64,000 nt of DNA from an uncultured Gemmatimonadales bacterium (GCA_963823035.1 CAWGKG010000010.1:64001-128000); one strand, 5' to 3'; numbered from the stretch's first letter, positions 53,431 through 63,345 are shown. Program-made: numbers and translations. Notes: a model not told the origin generated them from the sequence alone.

Positions 53431-54515
53431 AGGTAGGTCGATCGCGCCACCTCCACCTTCTCGAGGACGTCCCTCACCGTGATCGTGTGCATCCGATCGT
53501 CCCGGGGAAGATACCCTGCCGGGTCGGGGTCGGCTCCCGGCTCCGTGTAGCGGTCGACGACCAGCTCCCGGAAGCGCGCCCACGGACCCACGCGCCAGGG
53601 GTTGGTATGGGCGAACAGGCCGACGACGGGCACGCCGAGCGCGTGCGCCACGTGCAGCGGCCCGGTGTCCGGCGCCACCACGAGCGCCGAGCCCGCGATG
53701 CGCCCCATCAGGGTCCGCACGGAGTCGCCGAGGCCGTCCACGGGCCGCGTGCGCGCACGGGCGAGCACAGTGTGCGCGGCGGCTCGCTCGCGCGCCGACG
53801 GACCCCCGAGGAGGAGCACCCGGAAGCCGTGCTCCTCTGCCAGGGCGTCCGCGAGCTCGGCGTACCGCTCGGCCGGCCAGTCCTTCTTCGGATTCGCCGA
53901 GCCCAACACGAGCGACGCGACCGGGCCTTCCCCGAGGGTCTCGAAGAAGGCCTCGCGCTCCTCGACCTCCTCCGAAGAGAAGGAGATCTCCCAGCGCACC
54001 GGGTCTTCCCGGGCGACGCCCAGCGCCCACCGGAAGTCGAGGAAGAGGTCCTGCGAGTGCTTCCAAGGCGTCTCGGCGAGGACGTGCGTGCTGAAGAAGC
54101 GGACGCCGTCGCGCGTCTTGGACGGCGGCAGGCCGACGCGCAGGGGCGCTCCCGACAGGACGGACGGCCAGACGCTCTTGAAGTACCGCTGGACGTTGAG
54201 GGTCAGGTCGGCATCGACGCCGGCCATGGCCCGGCGCAGCGCGGCGAGGCCCGCGAGGCCGTCCAGGGTGCGGTAGACGATGATCCGGTCCACGCCCGGG
54301 TGGTGGCGGAGGACCTCCGCAGGTGCCGGCTCGGCCACCCACGTCACCTCGTGCGCGGGGTTGCGCGCCTTCACGTCCAGGGCGAGGGGGAGGCCGTGGA
54401 CCACGTCGCCGATCCCCGAGAGGAGGACGATGCACACCCGGCGCGGCGCGTCGTCCAGGAGGACGGGGCCGTCGGGGCCGACGGTTTCGGGGCGGAGGGT
54501 CAGGGGAGCCTTCAG
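53427..54515 (-). CDS. Glycosyltransferase family 9 (LPS heptosyltransferase), start uncertain
   Basis: LSGIGDVVH, KDWP, APDTGPLH. Confidence 0.88.
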   Translation of the reverse strand: MKAPLTLRPETVGPDGPVLLDDAPRRVCIVLLSGIGDVVHGLPLALDVKARNPAHEVTWVAEPAPAEVLRHHPGVDRIIVYRTLDGLAGLAALRRAMAGVDADLTLNVQRYFKSVWPSVLSGAPLRVGLPPSKTRDGVRFFSTHVLAETPWKHSQDLFLDFRWALGVAREDPVRWEISFSSEEVEEREAFFETLGEGPVASLVLGSANPKKDWPAERYAELADALAEEHGFRVLLLGGPSARERAAAHTVLARARTRPVDGLGDSVRTLMGRIAGSALVVAPDTGPLHVAHALGVPVVGLFAHTNPWRVGPWARFRELVVDRYTEPGADPDPAGYLPRDDRMHTITVRDVLEKVEVARSTYL

Positions 54516-54919
54516 GAGGACGCCCCGTCGAGTTCCCACAGATGCAGCACCGGCCCGGAGAGCTTGTCGCCCTTGATGCGGGCCTCGAGTCGGTAAGGGC
54601 CCGGCGCAGGGAACACGACATCCTGCACCGGCATCACGAGGTAGGTGCGCGCCGGCCGGTCGCCGGGGGCGTGCGGCTTCACCTCCGTCTCGCCTTCGAT
54701 CGTGAACGACGGATGCGGGCCGCCTCCGGTCAACTCGACCTGGAAGCGGTAACGACCCCCGTCCTCGGGGCCCCACTCGACCGCGACGACCACGACCATC
54801 TCGTCCTGCTTGGCCGGGAAGCCGGGCGCGGCCAGGTCGACGAAGGCACCGTGGACGTCGAGCTTGCCGTCGGGGCGGAGCTCGGCGTGCTCGCAGAAGG
54901 CCATCATGAGGAGGTGCAT
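54512..54919 (-). CDS. Hypothetical protein (DUF6941-like)
   Basis: FCEHA...GKLDVHGAF, FPAPGPY; beta-rich, fills the operon gap exactly. Confidence 0.6.
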   Translation of the reverse strand: MHLLMMAFCEHAELRPDGKLDVHGAFVDLAAPGFPAKQDEMVVVVAVEWGPEDGGRYRFQVELTGGGPHPSFTIEGETEVKPHAPGDRPARTYLVMPVQDVVFPAPGPYRLEARIKGDKLSGPVLHLWELDGASS

Positions 54920-54926
54920 CGGCGTG

Positions 54927-56525
54927 TCAGGTGGGGTTGGGGGGGCCCCAGCCGCCGCCGCCCGGCGACCGGATGCTGACCACGTCGCCGGCTTCGACGG
55001 CGAACGTGGCCTTCGAGGGGAGGCGCTCTTCCACGCCTCCGCGGATCACCACGTTCTCGCCGGGTGCACCGTCGCACCCGCCCCGTGCCCCGGCCGGACC
55101 TACCGCGCGACGCTCGCAGAGGAGCGCGACGCTCGCCGGGGTGAGGATCATGAGATCGCGGCGCAGCCCGTCCCCGCCACGGTGGTGCCCGTCGCCGCCG
55201 CTCCCCCGGCGGATGCCGTAGCGGACCACGCGGAAGGGATAGGCGTGCTCGAGCGCTTCGACGGGCGTATTCAGGGAGTTGGACATGTGGACGTGCACGC
55301 CGGACAGCCCCGGCCCGGAGGGCCCCGCACCCATCCCGCCGCCCACGGTCTCGTAGTAGGCGAAGGGCTCGCCCGTGCGCGGGTCCGTGCCGCCCACGGT
55401 GGTGTTGTTCATCGTCCCCTGGGAGAGCGCGGGCATCAAATCGGGGAGCGCCACGGCGAAGGCGCGCAACAGGACGTCCGTGATGCGTTGGCTGGTCTCC
55501 ACGTTGCCGGCCGCGACGGAGGCCGGCATGCGAGCGTTCACCAGGCTCCCCTCCGGCAGGACCAGCTCGACCGCCGACATCGAGCCTCCTCCGGCCGGAA
55601 GCGGTTCGTCCAGGAGCGCCTCGACGACGCAGCGCACCACGTAGCGGCACGCCGACGCCGTGATGGCCGACACGGCGTTGATTCCCCCGGGGACCTGCGG
55701 GTCCGTGCCCGTGAAGTCGATCCGCATGGACCGGCCCCGGACCGTCATCGTCGCGCGAATGGTGACCGGCCCGCTCCCGAAGCCGTCGTCCTCGAGGGCA
55801 TCCTCGGCGCGGTAGCTCCCGTCCGGAACCTCGGCGAGGCCGGCCTCCACCAGACGGTCCGCGTACGCCACCAACGCGTCCATCGCGGCCAGCGTCTCGT
55901 CCGCGCCCCGCCTGGCCGCGATCTCGAGCAGACGGGTCCTGCCGGCGTGGAGGGCCGCGAGCTGGGCGTCCAGGTCCCCCGCGCGCTCGACCGGCGTGCG
56001 CACGTTGGCGAGGAGGGTCCGCCAGAGGTCCTCGTTCCGTCGGCCCTCCACGTAGAGGCGCACCGGAGGGATGCGCAGCCCTTCCTGGAAGATCTCGCGG
56101 GCGAGCGGCATCGACCCGGGCGACATCCCGCCCACGTCCGAGTGGTGGGCGCGTGACGCCACGTAGCCGAGGAGGCGACCCCCGTCGGCGTGGACCGGGG
56201 CGATCAACGTGATGTCGGGAAGGTGGGTCCCGCCCCGGAAGGGGTCGTTCAGGCACGCCACGTCGCCCGCCGCGAGGGCGCCCAGCTCTTCGAGGGCCGC
56301 GCTCACGCTCATCGGCATGGCCCCGAGATGGACGGGCATGTGGTCACCCAGGGAGACCGCTTCCACGACCGGCGAGAAGAGGGCGCACGAGTAGTCGCGC
56401 CGCTCCTTGATGTTGGGGGAGAAGGAGGCCCGCTTGAGCGCGGCGCCCATCTCCTCCGCCAGGGCGGTGAAGAGGTGACGGAAGACCTCGAGCGTGATTG
56501 CGTCTGGAGCGAGCGGGTGGGTCAA
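54927..56525 (-). CDS. Hydantoinase B/5-oxoprolinase subunit B family protein
   Basis: FSPNIKERRDYSCA, PVHLG, NDPFRGGTHLPD, HHSDVGG, NTPVEALE, SPGGGGWG. Confidence 0.92.
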   Translation of the reverse strand: MTHPLAPDAITLEVFRHLFTALAEEMGAALKRASFSPNIKERRDYSCALFSPVVEAVSLGDHMPVHLGAMPMSVSAALEELGALAAGDVACLNDPFRGGTHLPDITLIAPVHADGGRLLGYVASRAHHSDVGGMSPGSMPLAREIFQEGLRIPPVRLYVEGRRNEDLWRTLLANVRTPVERAGDLDAQLAALHAGRTRLLEIAARRGADETLAAMDALVAYADRLVEAGLAEVPDGSYRAEDALEDDGFGSGPVTIRATMTVRGRSMRIDFTGTDPQVPGGINAVSAITASACRYVVRCVVEALLDEPLPAGGGSMSAVELVLPEGSLVNARMPASVAAGNVETSQRITDVLLRAFAVALPDLMPALSQGTMNNTTVGGTDPRTGEPFAYYETVGGGMGAGPSGPGLSGVHVHMSNSLNTPVEALEHAYPFRVVRYGIRRGSGGDGHHRGGDGLRRDLMILTPASVALLCERRAVGPAGARGGCDGAPGENVVIRGGVEERLPSKATFAVEAGDVVSIRSPGGGGWGPPNPT

Positions 56526-56634
56526 GGGCCAGGTTTCCCCGGGAGAGGTTCTGCGTTAGACTTTCTGGCTGAAGGCCTGCACTACTGCATCGACCATTCG
56601 CGTGCGCGCGTCCGAACGATAAGGGGAGGAACGT

Positions 56635-56895
56635 TTGAGTAAAGAGAAGCTCATGGATCGGGCTCGGGACGAGCTCTTCAGCCATATCAATCGTTGCGGC
56701 GTCCTTCAGGCCGCCGAAGACGATCAGCGCCACTGGATGGACGAGACGATCGAGTATCTGGGTGAGCGGTACCCCGACCTGGCGGATACCGATCTGGCTC
56801 AGCTCTACGAGATCGGCGTGCGTTTCTGCAAGCCGGCGATCGCTCATGGCGCGGACAGCACCGCCCGGAACATGGAGGACGCCGGCGTGGCCTGA
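56635..56895 (+). CDS. Small hypothetical protein
   Basis: TTG start after AGGGAGG RBS, helical protein, followed by a terminator. Confidence 0.7.
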   Translation: MSKEKLMDRARDELFSHINRCGVLQAAEDDQRHWMDETIEYLGERYPDLADTDLAQLYEIGVRFCKPAIAHGADSTARNMEDAGVA

Positions 56896-56928
56896 GGCCG
56901 TCGCCGTCCATCCTGACAGGGTGCGAGG

Positions 56929-56969
56929 GGCGGGGGGCCGATGCATCGGCGCCCCGCCTTTCTGTTTTT
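56929..56969 (+). terminator. Intrinsic terminator
   Basis: GGCGGGG.GCCGAT / ATCGGC.CCCCGCC stem followed by TTTCTGTTTTT. Confidence 0.75.
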
Positions 56970-56994
56970 CTTCGGGGCACGATCATCGAGCGGG

Positions 56995-57023
56995 TTGGCG
57001 GTAAGGCGAGAGGCGGATATACT
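56995..57023 (+). promoter_or_regulatory. Sigma-70 promoter
   Basis: TTGGCG-N17-TATACT about 40 bp upstream of ATG 57065. Confidence 0.55.
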
Positions 57024-57064
57024 TGGGGCCATTTGTAGCGCGTCTGCCGGGGAGACGAGTGGCG

Positions 57065-58540
57065 ATGGCCAAGAAGAGGGACAGGGGGGAGCCGGGGAGT
57101 CGGCCACCGGCAAGCGGTCGTCGCAGGGCGCCGGGGCCAAGCGTGCGGTAGCCAGAAAGGCCAAGGGCGAGAAGACTTCTTCCGGAAAGAAGGCCGCGAC
57201 GACGGGATCGGGCGCGAAGAAGAAGAAGGCGCCCGCGAAGAAGGCCGCCCCGAAGAAGAGCGGCGGGGCGTCGCGAAAGCGGGTGGTCGGGAAGAAGGCC
57301 GCTCCCGCGAAGAAGCCGGCACCCGGGAAGAGCGCCCCCGCGGCGAAGAAGCCCGCCGCCAAGGCGGCCGGCAGCAAGCCTCCCACGAAGAAGGCCGCCA
57401 AGAAGGCGCCTGCCGAGAAGGCCTCCGCCAAGAAGGCCCCCGCCGAGAAGGCGCCGCCAAGGCGCCGCCAAGAAGGCCCCCGCCAAGAAGGCCCCCACCA
57501 AGAAGGCCCCCACCAAGAAGGCCCCCGCCAAGAAGGCCCCCGCCAAGAAGGCCCCCGCCAAGAAGGCCCCCGCCAAGAAGGCTCCTGCCAAGAAGGCTCC
57601 TGCCAAGAAGGCCCCCGCGAAGAAGGCTCCTGCCGAGAAGGCTCCTGCCGAGAAGGCGGTCTCGCTGAAGAAGAAGGCCCCCGCCGCCAAGAAGGCTCCC
57701 GGGAAGTCGACTGCGGACGCCGCCGCCGGGAAGAAGACCGGCAGGAAGAAGGCGGACGCGCCCGCGAAGAAGAAGGCCGCCCCCGCCAAGAAGGCCGCGG
57801 GCGCGAAGGCGGAGGCCGCCAAGCCCGACGATGGGAAGAAGTCGGGTTCGAACACCCCAGCGTCCAAGGCCGGGTCTCCCGACGCCGCGCCCGCGGCGAA
57901 CGGCGCCGGCTCGACGCAGGCGAAGGCCGGGGCCGCCGCGCCCCAGAACCGTGGCGGGTCCAAAGGCGGCAAGGAGAAGCCGAGCCGGGAGGCGCGCGAG
58001 AAGCGCAAAGCGCGGAAGAAGGCCTCCGCCCTGCTCGGCTCGGGCGACGAGCTGGAGATGACGCCGGAGGAGAAGCGCGAGGCGCGCCGGCGCGCTCGTC
58101 GCGAGGCGCGCCGCAAGGAACGTCGGGAGGCGAGGCGGCGGGCCGCCGAGGCGCGGAAGAAGCCAGCGGTGGAGGTCTATCGCCCCAAGGCGCGCGTGGG
58201 CACCGACGGCGTGATGGTGCTCGAGGACGACAAGTACCTCCACAAGGCGTACTACTCGGGCCAGCAGGTGCCCTCGCCGGTGGGGGGCTTCCTCATGCTG
58301 CTCGGCGTCCGCCCCACGGCGGACGGCGCCGCCGTCGCGCTCTTCGAGTGCAGCGCTTCGTCGCTTCGCTACCAGATGGAGGTGCCCAAGGCCACCCGCG
58401 CCGAGCGTGCCGCCGTGAAGGAGGTCCAGGACGCGGGCGACGACCCTGATTGCCCCCGTCACGGGCCCGGGCACCGGCTCCATCGGGCCGGCAGAGAATT
58501 GGTCTGCCCCCTCTGTGGGATCGCCTACGGCAAGGTCTGA
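57065..58540 (+). CDS. Histone-H1-like Lys/Ala/Pro-rich protein with C-terminal Zn-ribbon-like domain (two compensating frameshifts)
   Basis: MAKK start, KKAPA repeats, Arg-rich helix, then a globular domain ending CPRH-x14-CPLC; frame changes near 57078 and 57455. Confidence 0.65.
57400..57649 (+). repeat. 15-bp coding tandem repeat AAGAAGGCCCCCGCC (KKAPA), about 17 units
   Basis: Twelve full units at 57470-57649 plus five upstream units, two of them truncated (14 and 11 bp). Confidence 0.92.
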
Positions 58541-58704
58541 CGGGGCCCTCGGCTCTCGTTCCGAGCGCCCCCGCGCGCGCTCCGGGCCACCCTCCGTGAG
58601 GCCCGTTTCGAGGGTGGTAAGGCCCGTCGCGCCACATTACATTGCGTACATCCCCCCGCGCAGGCGCTCGGCCTGCCCCATGGTCCGTCCAAGGAGCTCT
58701 CTAC

Positions 58705-59835
58705 ATGCCCGAAGGGTTCCTCAGTTCAGAGGAATACGACGAGCAGGCGCACAAGCTCTACAACGACGGTGATTACGACGGGGCCCTCGAGATGCTCAAA
58801 GAGGGCCTCTCTCTCTATCCCAACGCCGTCGAGCTGTACGTCGGTCTCGGCTACGCCCGGCTCGCCCGGGAGGAATACGCCTGGGCCCGCAAGGCCTTCG
58901 AGCGCGCCGCGGTCCTCGACCCGGCACACGAGGACGCCCTGGTCGGCCTCGGTGAGACCCTTCTCCGCTTCGGGGAGCGGACGCAGGCGCTTCAGCTCTT
59001 CGACCAGGTCGCGGCGATGGGCTACGACGACGACATCGAGCTCATGTTGACGATGGGTCGTGCGCTCTACCGCGAGGCCATGTACGGCGAATGCCGGGAC
59101 GTCTTCGCCAAGGCGGCGGCCGCCCGGCCGGACAGCGCCGAGGCGGCCGCGTCGCTCGGGTACGCCCTGCATCGCCTCGGCGACGACGTCGGAGCGGGGC
59201 GCCAGATTCGGCGTTCGCTCCGCCTCGACCCGGACCTGCACGAGGCACGTATCTACCTGGGGCATCTCCTCTTCGACCGCGGAGACTGGGAGGGAGCCCT
59301 GCGCGAGTTCGAGCGGGTGCCGCCCCAGGAACACTGGGACGCTCTCGCGGTGTGGCGTCTCATGGAGCTGAAACGGGCGCTCTGGCACATGGAGTCCGGG
59401 GACGCCAGGCTGTCGCCCTGGGAACAGCGCCTGCGCGAGCTCGAGGACCTCGAGGACCCGATCGATCGGCTCCTGAGCGAGGTCGAAGCGCGCATGGGCG
59501 GTGGCGGGGCGGCACCCACCTACGACGATCCGAGCCAGCTCGAGTTGTTCGAGCGGGAGTCGTCACGCAACGACACGCGCACGCACGTCGTGCGGCTGGC
59601 CGACGGCCACCAGCTGAGGGGCACCTGGCACGAGATCGTGCGCCAGATGCGCGACCAGGCCGGTTTCTCGCACGAGACCCTCGGGCACTACATGAGGCGT
59701 CTCGCCGAGCGCTGGCACGAGCAGAGCGGCGTGGAGATCCCCTTCACGGATCCCGAATCGTTTCTGCGAACGGCGGTGGCGGCGGGACTCGTGCACCTGG
59801 AGAGCGAAGACGATTCGAGGCGGGGGGACGAATGA
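58705..59835 (+). CDS. TPR-repeat protein with extra C-terminal domain
   Basis: Repeated TPR-like helices (YVGLGYARL, ALVGLGETL, ASLGYAL, IYLGHLL); AAGGAG RBS. Confidence 0.85.
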   Translation: MPEGFLSSEEYDEQAHKLYNDGDYDGALEMLKEGLSLYPNAVELYVGLGYARLAREEYAWARKAFERAAVLDPAHEDALVGLGETLLRFGERTQALQLFDQVAAMGYDDDIELMLTMGRALYREAMYGECRDVFAKAAAARPDSAEAAASLGYALHRLGDDVGAGRQIRRSLRLDPDLHEARIYLGHLLFDRGDWEGALREFERVPPQEHWDALAVWRLMELKRALWHMESGDARLSPWEQRLRELEDLEDPIDRLLSEVEARMGGGGAAPTYDDPSQLELFERESSRNDTRTHVVRLADGHQLRGTWHEIVRQMRDQAGFSHETLGHYMRRLAERWHEQSGVEIPFTDPESFLRTAVAAGLVHLESEDDSRRGDE

Positions 59836-60491
59836 TCGTGGACACGAACGACATACTGACGCGCTTCCACCGGACGCTGGTGGAGGAGATCAGGCATCGG
59901 CGCCCGGAGTACCTGCAGGAGCCCTTCACGGTCGCCGAGATCTACCAGAACCTGGTCCCGTACGGCTCGCACCGGGACCGGCTGGGCATCGAGATGAACG
60001 GCGACTACGAGGACGCGTTGCTGCGCATCCTCGCCGGAGAGGGTGGTTACCTCATCCTCGAGTCGGAGCCCGCGCTGCGTGCGCTCCGCCAGGAGCTGGA
60101 GTCCTCGAACCCGAACACCGGCGTCTACCGTGAGTATGCGGCCGTGGACGTTCGCCTGGACCCCGCCCGCCTTCCCTTCGCGGGAGTGCCCGCCCGGGAG
60201 GCCGCGGTGGCGCCGTGGGACGAGGTGGACGAGGCGATCTCGGTGGACGACCTGGCCCCGGAGGGGGAAGAGGCGACTGCGGGCGCCGACAGCGGCGCCT
60301 CCGCGCCGGCGTCCGAGGGCTCGCCCGAGTCGTGCCGGTGGTGCCGGGCGGAGTTGCCCCACCATCCCCACCTCAAGTTCTGCCCCTTCTGCGGTACGGA
60401 CATCCGGGTGGTGCCGTGTCCGGAGTGCGGCGAGGAGTTGCTGCCGGATTGGCGGTTCTGCATCCAGTGTGGTGCCGAGGCCGGTCCTTGA
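59832..60491 (+). CDS. Double zinc-ribbon (DZR) domain protein
   Basis: C-terminal CRWC, CPFC, CPEC, CIQC; ATGA overlap. Confidence 0.82.
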   Translation: MIVDTNDILTRFHRTLVEEIRHRRPEYLQEPFTVAEIYQNLVPYGSHRDRLGIEMNGDYEDALLRILAGEGGYLILESEPALRALRQELESSNPNTGVYREYAAVDVRLDPARLPFAGVPAREAAVAPWDEVDEAISVDDLAPEGEEATAGADSGASAPASEGSPESCRWCRAELPHHPHLKFCPFCGTDIRVVPCPECGEELLPDWRFCIQCGAEAGP

Positions 60492-60985
60492 CCCTCGGGG
60501 TCCCGCCGAGCGTGTCGCGTCGGCCCCGCATCGCGGGGCCGATTGCATGTGTGGCGATCGCGGGCCTCGCGCTCGTCTCCGGCGGTTGCCGGGAGGAGCC
60601 GCAGCCCCCGCAGTTCCCGCCGGACAGCGTCCTGCGCTCGGAGCTGGGCCTGACCGACGCCGACGAGGTGCATCGGGTGTCGATCACCGGCGGCGAGCGG
60701 GAGCTGGTGGAGCCCGTGGAGGTCCAGGTGCCGCCCGGCGCCTGGGTGGAGTTCGTCACGACGGACTGGCGGGTGCACCAGGTCCGCTTCGTGAGCGACA
60801 GCCTCGACGCGGGACGCCTGGCCTTCCTCGTGGACAGCGACCAGGTGGATTCGCCCCCGCTCGTAGAGCGCGACGCGAGGTTCGTCGTGTCCTTTTCCGA
60901 CGCGCCCGAGGGCCGGTATCCCTACGTGGTGGAGGGGAACGGCGCGGCCACCCGTGGGGTGGTGGTGGTCCTCGTGAAGCGCTAA
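60488..60985 (+). CDS. Cupredoxin-fold-like lipoprotein with degenerate copper site
   Basis: LVSGG-C signal; VQVPPGAWVEF, VHQVRF, GRYPYVV; TTGA overlap. Confidence 0.55.
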   Translation: MTLGVPPSVSRRPRIAGPIACVAIAGLALVSGGCREEPQPPQFPPDSVLRSELGLTDADEVHRVSITGGERELVEPVEVQVPPGAWVEFVTTDWRVHQVRFVSDSLDAGRLAFLVDSDQVDSPPLVERDARFVVSFSDAPEGRYPYVVEGNGAATRGVVVVLVKR

Positions 60986-61061
60986 TCTGACGCCTACCCG
61001 GCGGCCTGCCGGGCCCGACGGCGGCGTCCGTCCACCTGCCCCACCCGAACAGGCTCCGCGC

Positions 61062-62129
61062 ATGCCCAGGATCGCACTCGTCCCCGGAGACGGAATCGGT
61101 CCAGAGGTCGTGCGGGAGGCGCGCCGGATGCTCGAGGCCGTCGCAGACGTGGAGGGGCTCTCCTTCGAGATGGTCGAGTGGGACCTGGGCGCGGACCGAT
61201 TCCTGCGCGAGGGCGTCACGATCACCGAGGAGGAATTCCGCAGTCTGGCCGACGACCACGACGCGATCCTGATGGGCGCGCTCGGGGATCCTCGGGTGCC
61301 GGGGAACGAGCACGCTCGGGACATCCTCCTGGGACTCCGCTTCCGCCTCGACCTGTACGTGAACTACCGTCCGTGCGTCCTCCTCGCGCCGGACCTCTGC
61401 CCCCTGAAGCGCGTGAAGGTGCCGGTGCGCCTGGAGATCTTCCGGGAGAACACCGAGGGCTGCTACGTGGGGATGGGGGGCGTGTTCAAGAAGGGTACGC
61501 CGCACGAGGTGGCCATCGAGGAGGACGTGAACACGCGCACCGGCGTGGAGCGGATCGTGCGCGCCGCGTTCGACTTCGCCCGCGCCAAGCACCGGACACG
61601 CGTCACGCTGGTCGACAAGGCCAACGCGATGCGGCACGCCGGCGGGCTCTGGCGGCGGGTGTTCGCCGAGGTGGGGGAGGGCTTCCCCGAGGTGGAGCGG
61701 GAGGAGATGTACGTGGACGCGATGGCGATGGACCTGGTCCGTCGCCCGGAGCGCTACTCGGTCATCGTGACCTCCAACCTCTTCGGCGACATCGTCAGCG
61801 ATCTCGCCGCCGAGCTCACCGGGGGGCTCGGCCTCGCGCCCAGCGCGAACATCCACCCCGGCAGGCACGCCCTCTTCGAGCCGGTGCACGGCTCGGCGCC
61901 CGACATCGCGGGCCAGGGGAAGGCCAACCCGATCGGCGCCATCCGCTGCGTCGCGCTCATGCTCGACCACTTCGGACACCCGCGGGCCGGGGAGCGCGTG
62001 GAGCGCGCCGTGGCCGCCGCCATCGCCCAGGGACGCACCACGGTGGACATGGGCGGGAGCTTCAAGACCGAAGAGGTCGGGCAGTGGCTGGCCGACCGCG
62101 TCGCGCTGGGGGCCGCGGTCGAATCCTGA
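61062..62129 (+). CDS. leuB: 3-isopropylmalate dehydrogenase (isocitrate/isopropylmalate dehydrogenase family)
   Basis: GDGIGPEV, LRF.LDLYVNYRP, RENTEG, DKAN, NLFGDIVSD, EPVHGSAPDIAG; exact substrate not certain. Confidence 0.78.
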   Translation: MPRIALVPGDGIGPEVVREARRMLEAVADVEGLSFEMVEWDLGADRFLREGVTITEEEFRSLADDHDAILMGALGDPRVPGNEHARDILLGLRFRLDLYVNYRPCVLLAPDLCPLKRVKVPVRLEIFRENTEGCYVGMGGVFKKGTPHEVAIEEDVNTRTGVERIVRAAFDFARAKHRTRVTLVDKANAMRHAGGLWRRVFAEVGEGFPEVEREEMYVDAMAMDLVRRPERYSVIVTSNLFGDIVSDLAAELTGGLGLAPSANIHPGRHALFEPVHGSAPDIAGQGKANPIGAIRCVALMLDHFGHPRAGERVERAVAAAIAQGRTTVDMGGSFKTEEVGQWLADRVALGAAVES

Positions 62130-63334
62130 TGGGCACGCAGGGGCAAGGCAGGGACGTCGTCTTCCTCTCCGGGAAGCGCACCGGCTTCGGGACGTTCGGC
62201 GGGTCGCTCGCCACGCTGAGCGCGGTGGACCTCGGCGTCGTGAGCTCCATCGCGGCGCTCGACGCGGCCGGCGTCGAGCCCGGGCGTATCCAGCACACCA
62301 TCATCGGCAACGCGCTACAGACCTCGGCCGATGCGATCTACCTGGCGCGTCACGTCGGCCTGCGCAGCGGCGTTCCCGAGGCCGTCCCCGCGCTCACCGT
62401 GAACCGCCTGTGCGGCTCCGGCTTCGAGGCGATCGTCCAGGGTGCCAAGGAGATCCTCCTCGGGGAGGCGGACGTCTGCCTGGTGGGCGGCACCGAGTCG
62501 ATGAGCCAGGCACCGCACGCGGTGCGGGGCGCCCGCTGGGGCGCGCTGCGCCTGGGCGAGGCCGGTGGCTTCTTCGAGGATGTGCTCTGGCAGGCGCTCC
62601 TCGATTCGAACTGCGGGCTGACGATGGCCCAGACCGCCGAGGATCTCGCCGAACGCTATGCGGTGACGCGCGCCGAGGCCGACGGCGTGGCGCTCGCTTC
62701 GCAGCAGCGGGCGAAGCGGGCCTGGGAGGAAGGGCGCTTCGACGCCGAGATCACCCCCGTCACGATCCGCACCCGGAAGGGCGAGCGGACGTACGCAGCG
62801 GACGAGCACATGCGGCCGGACACCACGCTGGAGACGTTGTCCGGGCTGCGCCCCTACTTCCGGGAGACCGGCCTGGTGACGGCGGGCAACGCCAGCGGGA
62901 TCGGCGACGGGGCGGCGAGCGCGGTGGTCGCCGGCGCCGACTGGGCGGAGCGGAACGGTCTCGCCCCGATCGGACGCCTGGTTTCCTGGGCCTTCGTGGG
63001 CGTGGATCCCCGGATCATGGGGATCGGGCCGGCGCCGGCGGCCCGGCAGGCGCTGGAGAAGGCCGGGCTCACGCTGGCCGACATGGACCTCGTGGAAGTG
63101 AACGAGGCCTTCGCTCCGCAGTACAAGGCGGTGGAGAGGGAGTTGGCGCTCGACCCCGACAAGACGAACGTGAATGGCGGAGCGATCGCGCTCACCCACC
63201 CGCTGGCGGCTTCGGGTGCGCGTATCACGATCCACCTCCTCCACGAGTTGCGACGTCGCGGAGGGCGATACGCCCTCGGCTCGGCGTGCATTGGCGGCGG
63301 CCAGGGCGGAGCCGTGGTGGTGGAGGCGGCCTGA
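62129..63334 (+). CDS. Acetyl-CoA C-acetyltransferase (thiolase)
   Basis: NRLCGSG, GTESMS, NEAFA, GGAIAL.HP, CIGGGQG; TGATG coupling. Confidence 0.92.
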   Translation: MGTQGQGRDVVFLSGKRTGFGTFGGSLATLSAVDLGVVSSIAALDAAGVEPGRIQHTIIGNALQTSADAIYLARHVGLRSGVPEAVPALTVNRLCGSGFEAIVQGAKEILLGEADVCLVGGTESMSQAPHAVRGARWGALRLGEAGGFFEDVLWQALLDSNCGLTMAQTAEDLAERYAVTRAEADGVALASQQRAKRAWEEGRFDAEITPVTIRTRKGERTYAADEHMRPDTTLETLSGLRPYFRETGLVTAGNASGIGDGAASAVVAGADWAERNGLAPIGRLVSWAFVGVDPRIMGIGPAPAARQALEKAGLTLADMDLVEVNEAFAPQYKAVERELALDPDKTNVNGGAIALTHPLAASGARITIHLLHELRRRGGRYALGSACIGGGQGGAVVVEAA

Positions 63335-63345
63335 AACGGGGACCG

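Noticed and set aside
57400..57649. Regular repeat array as a possible CRISPR
   Set aside because: Units are contiguous 15-mers with no unique spacers, they encode KKAPA, and no cas genes are present.
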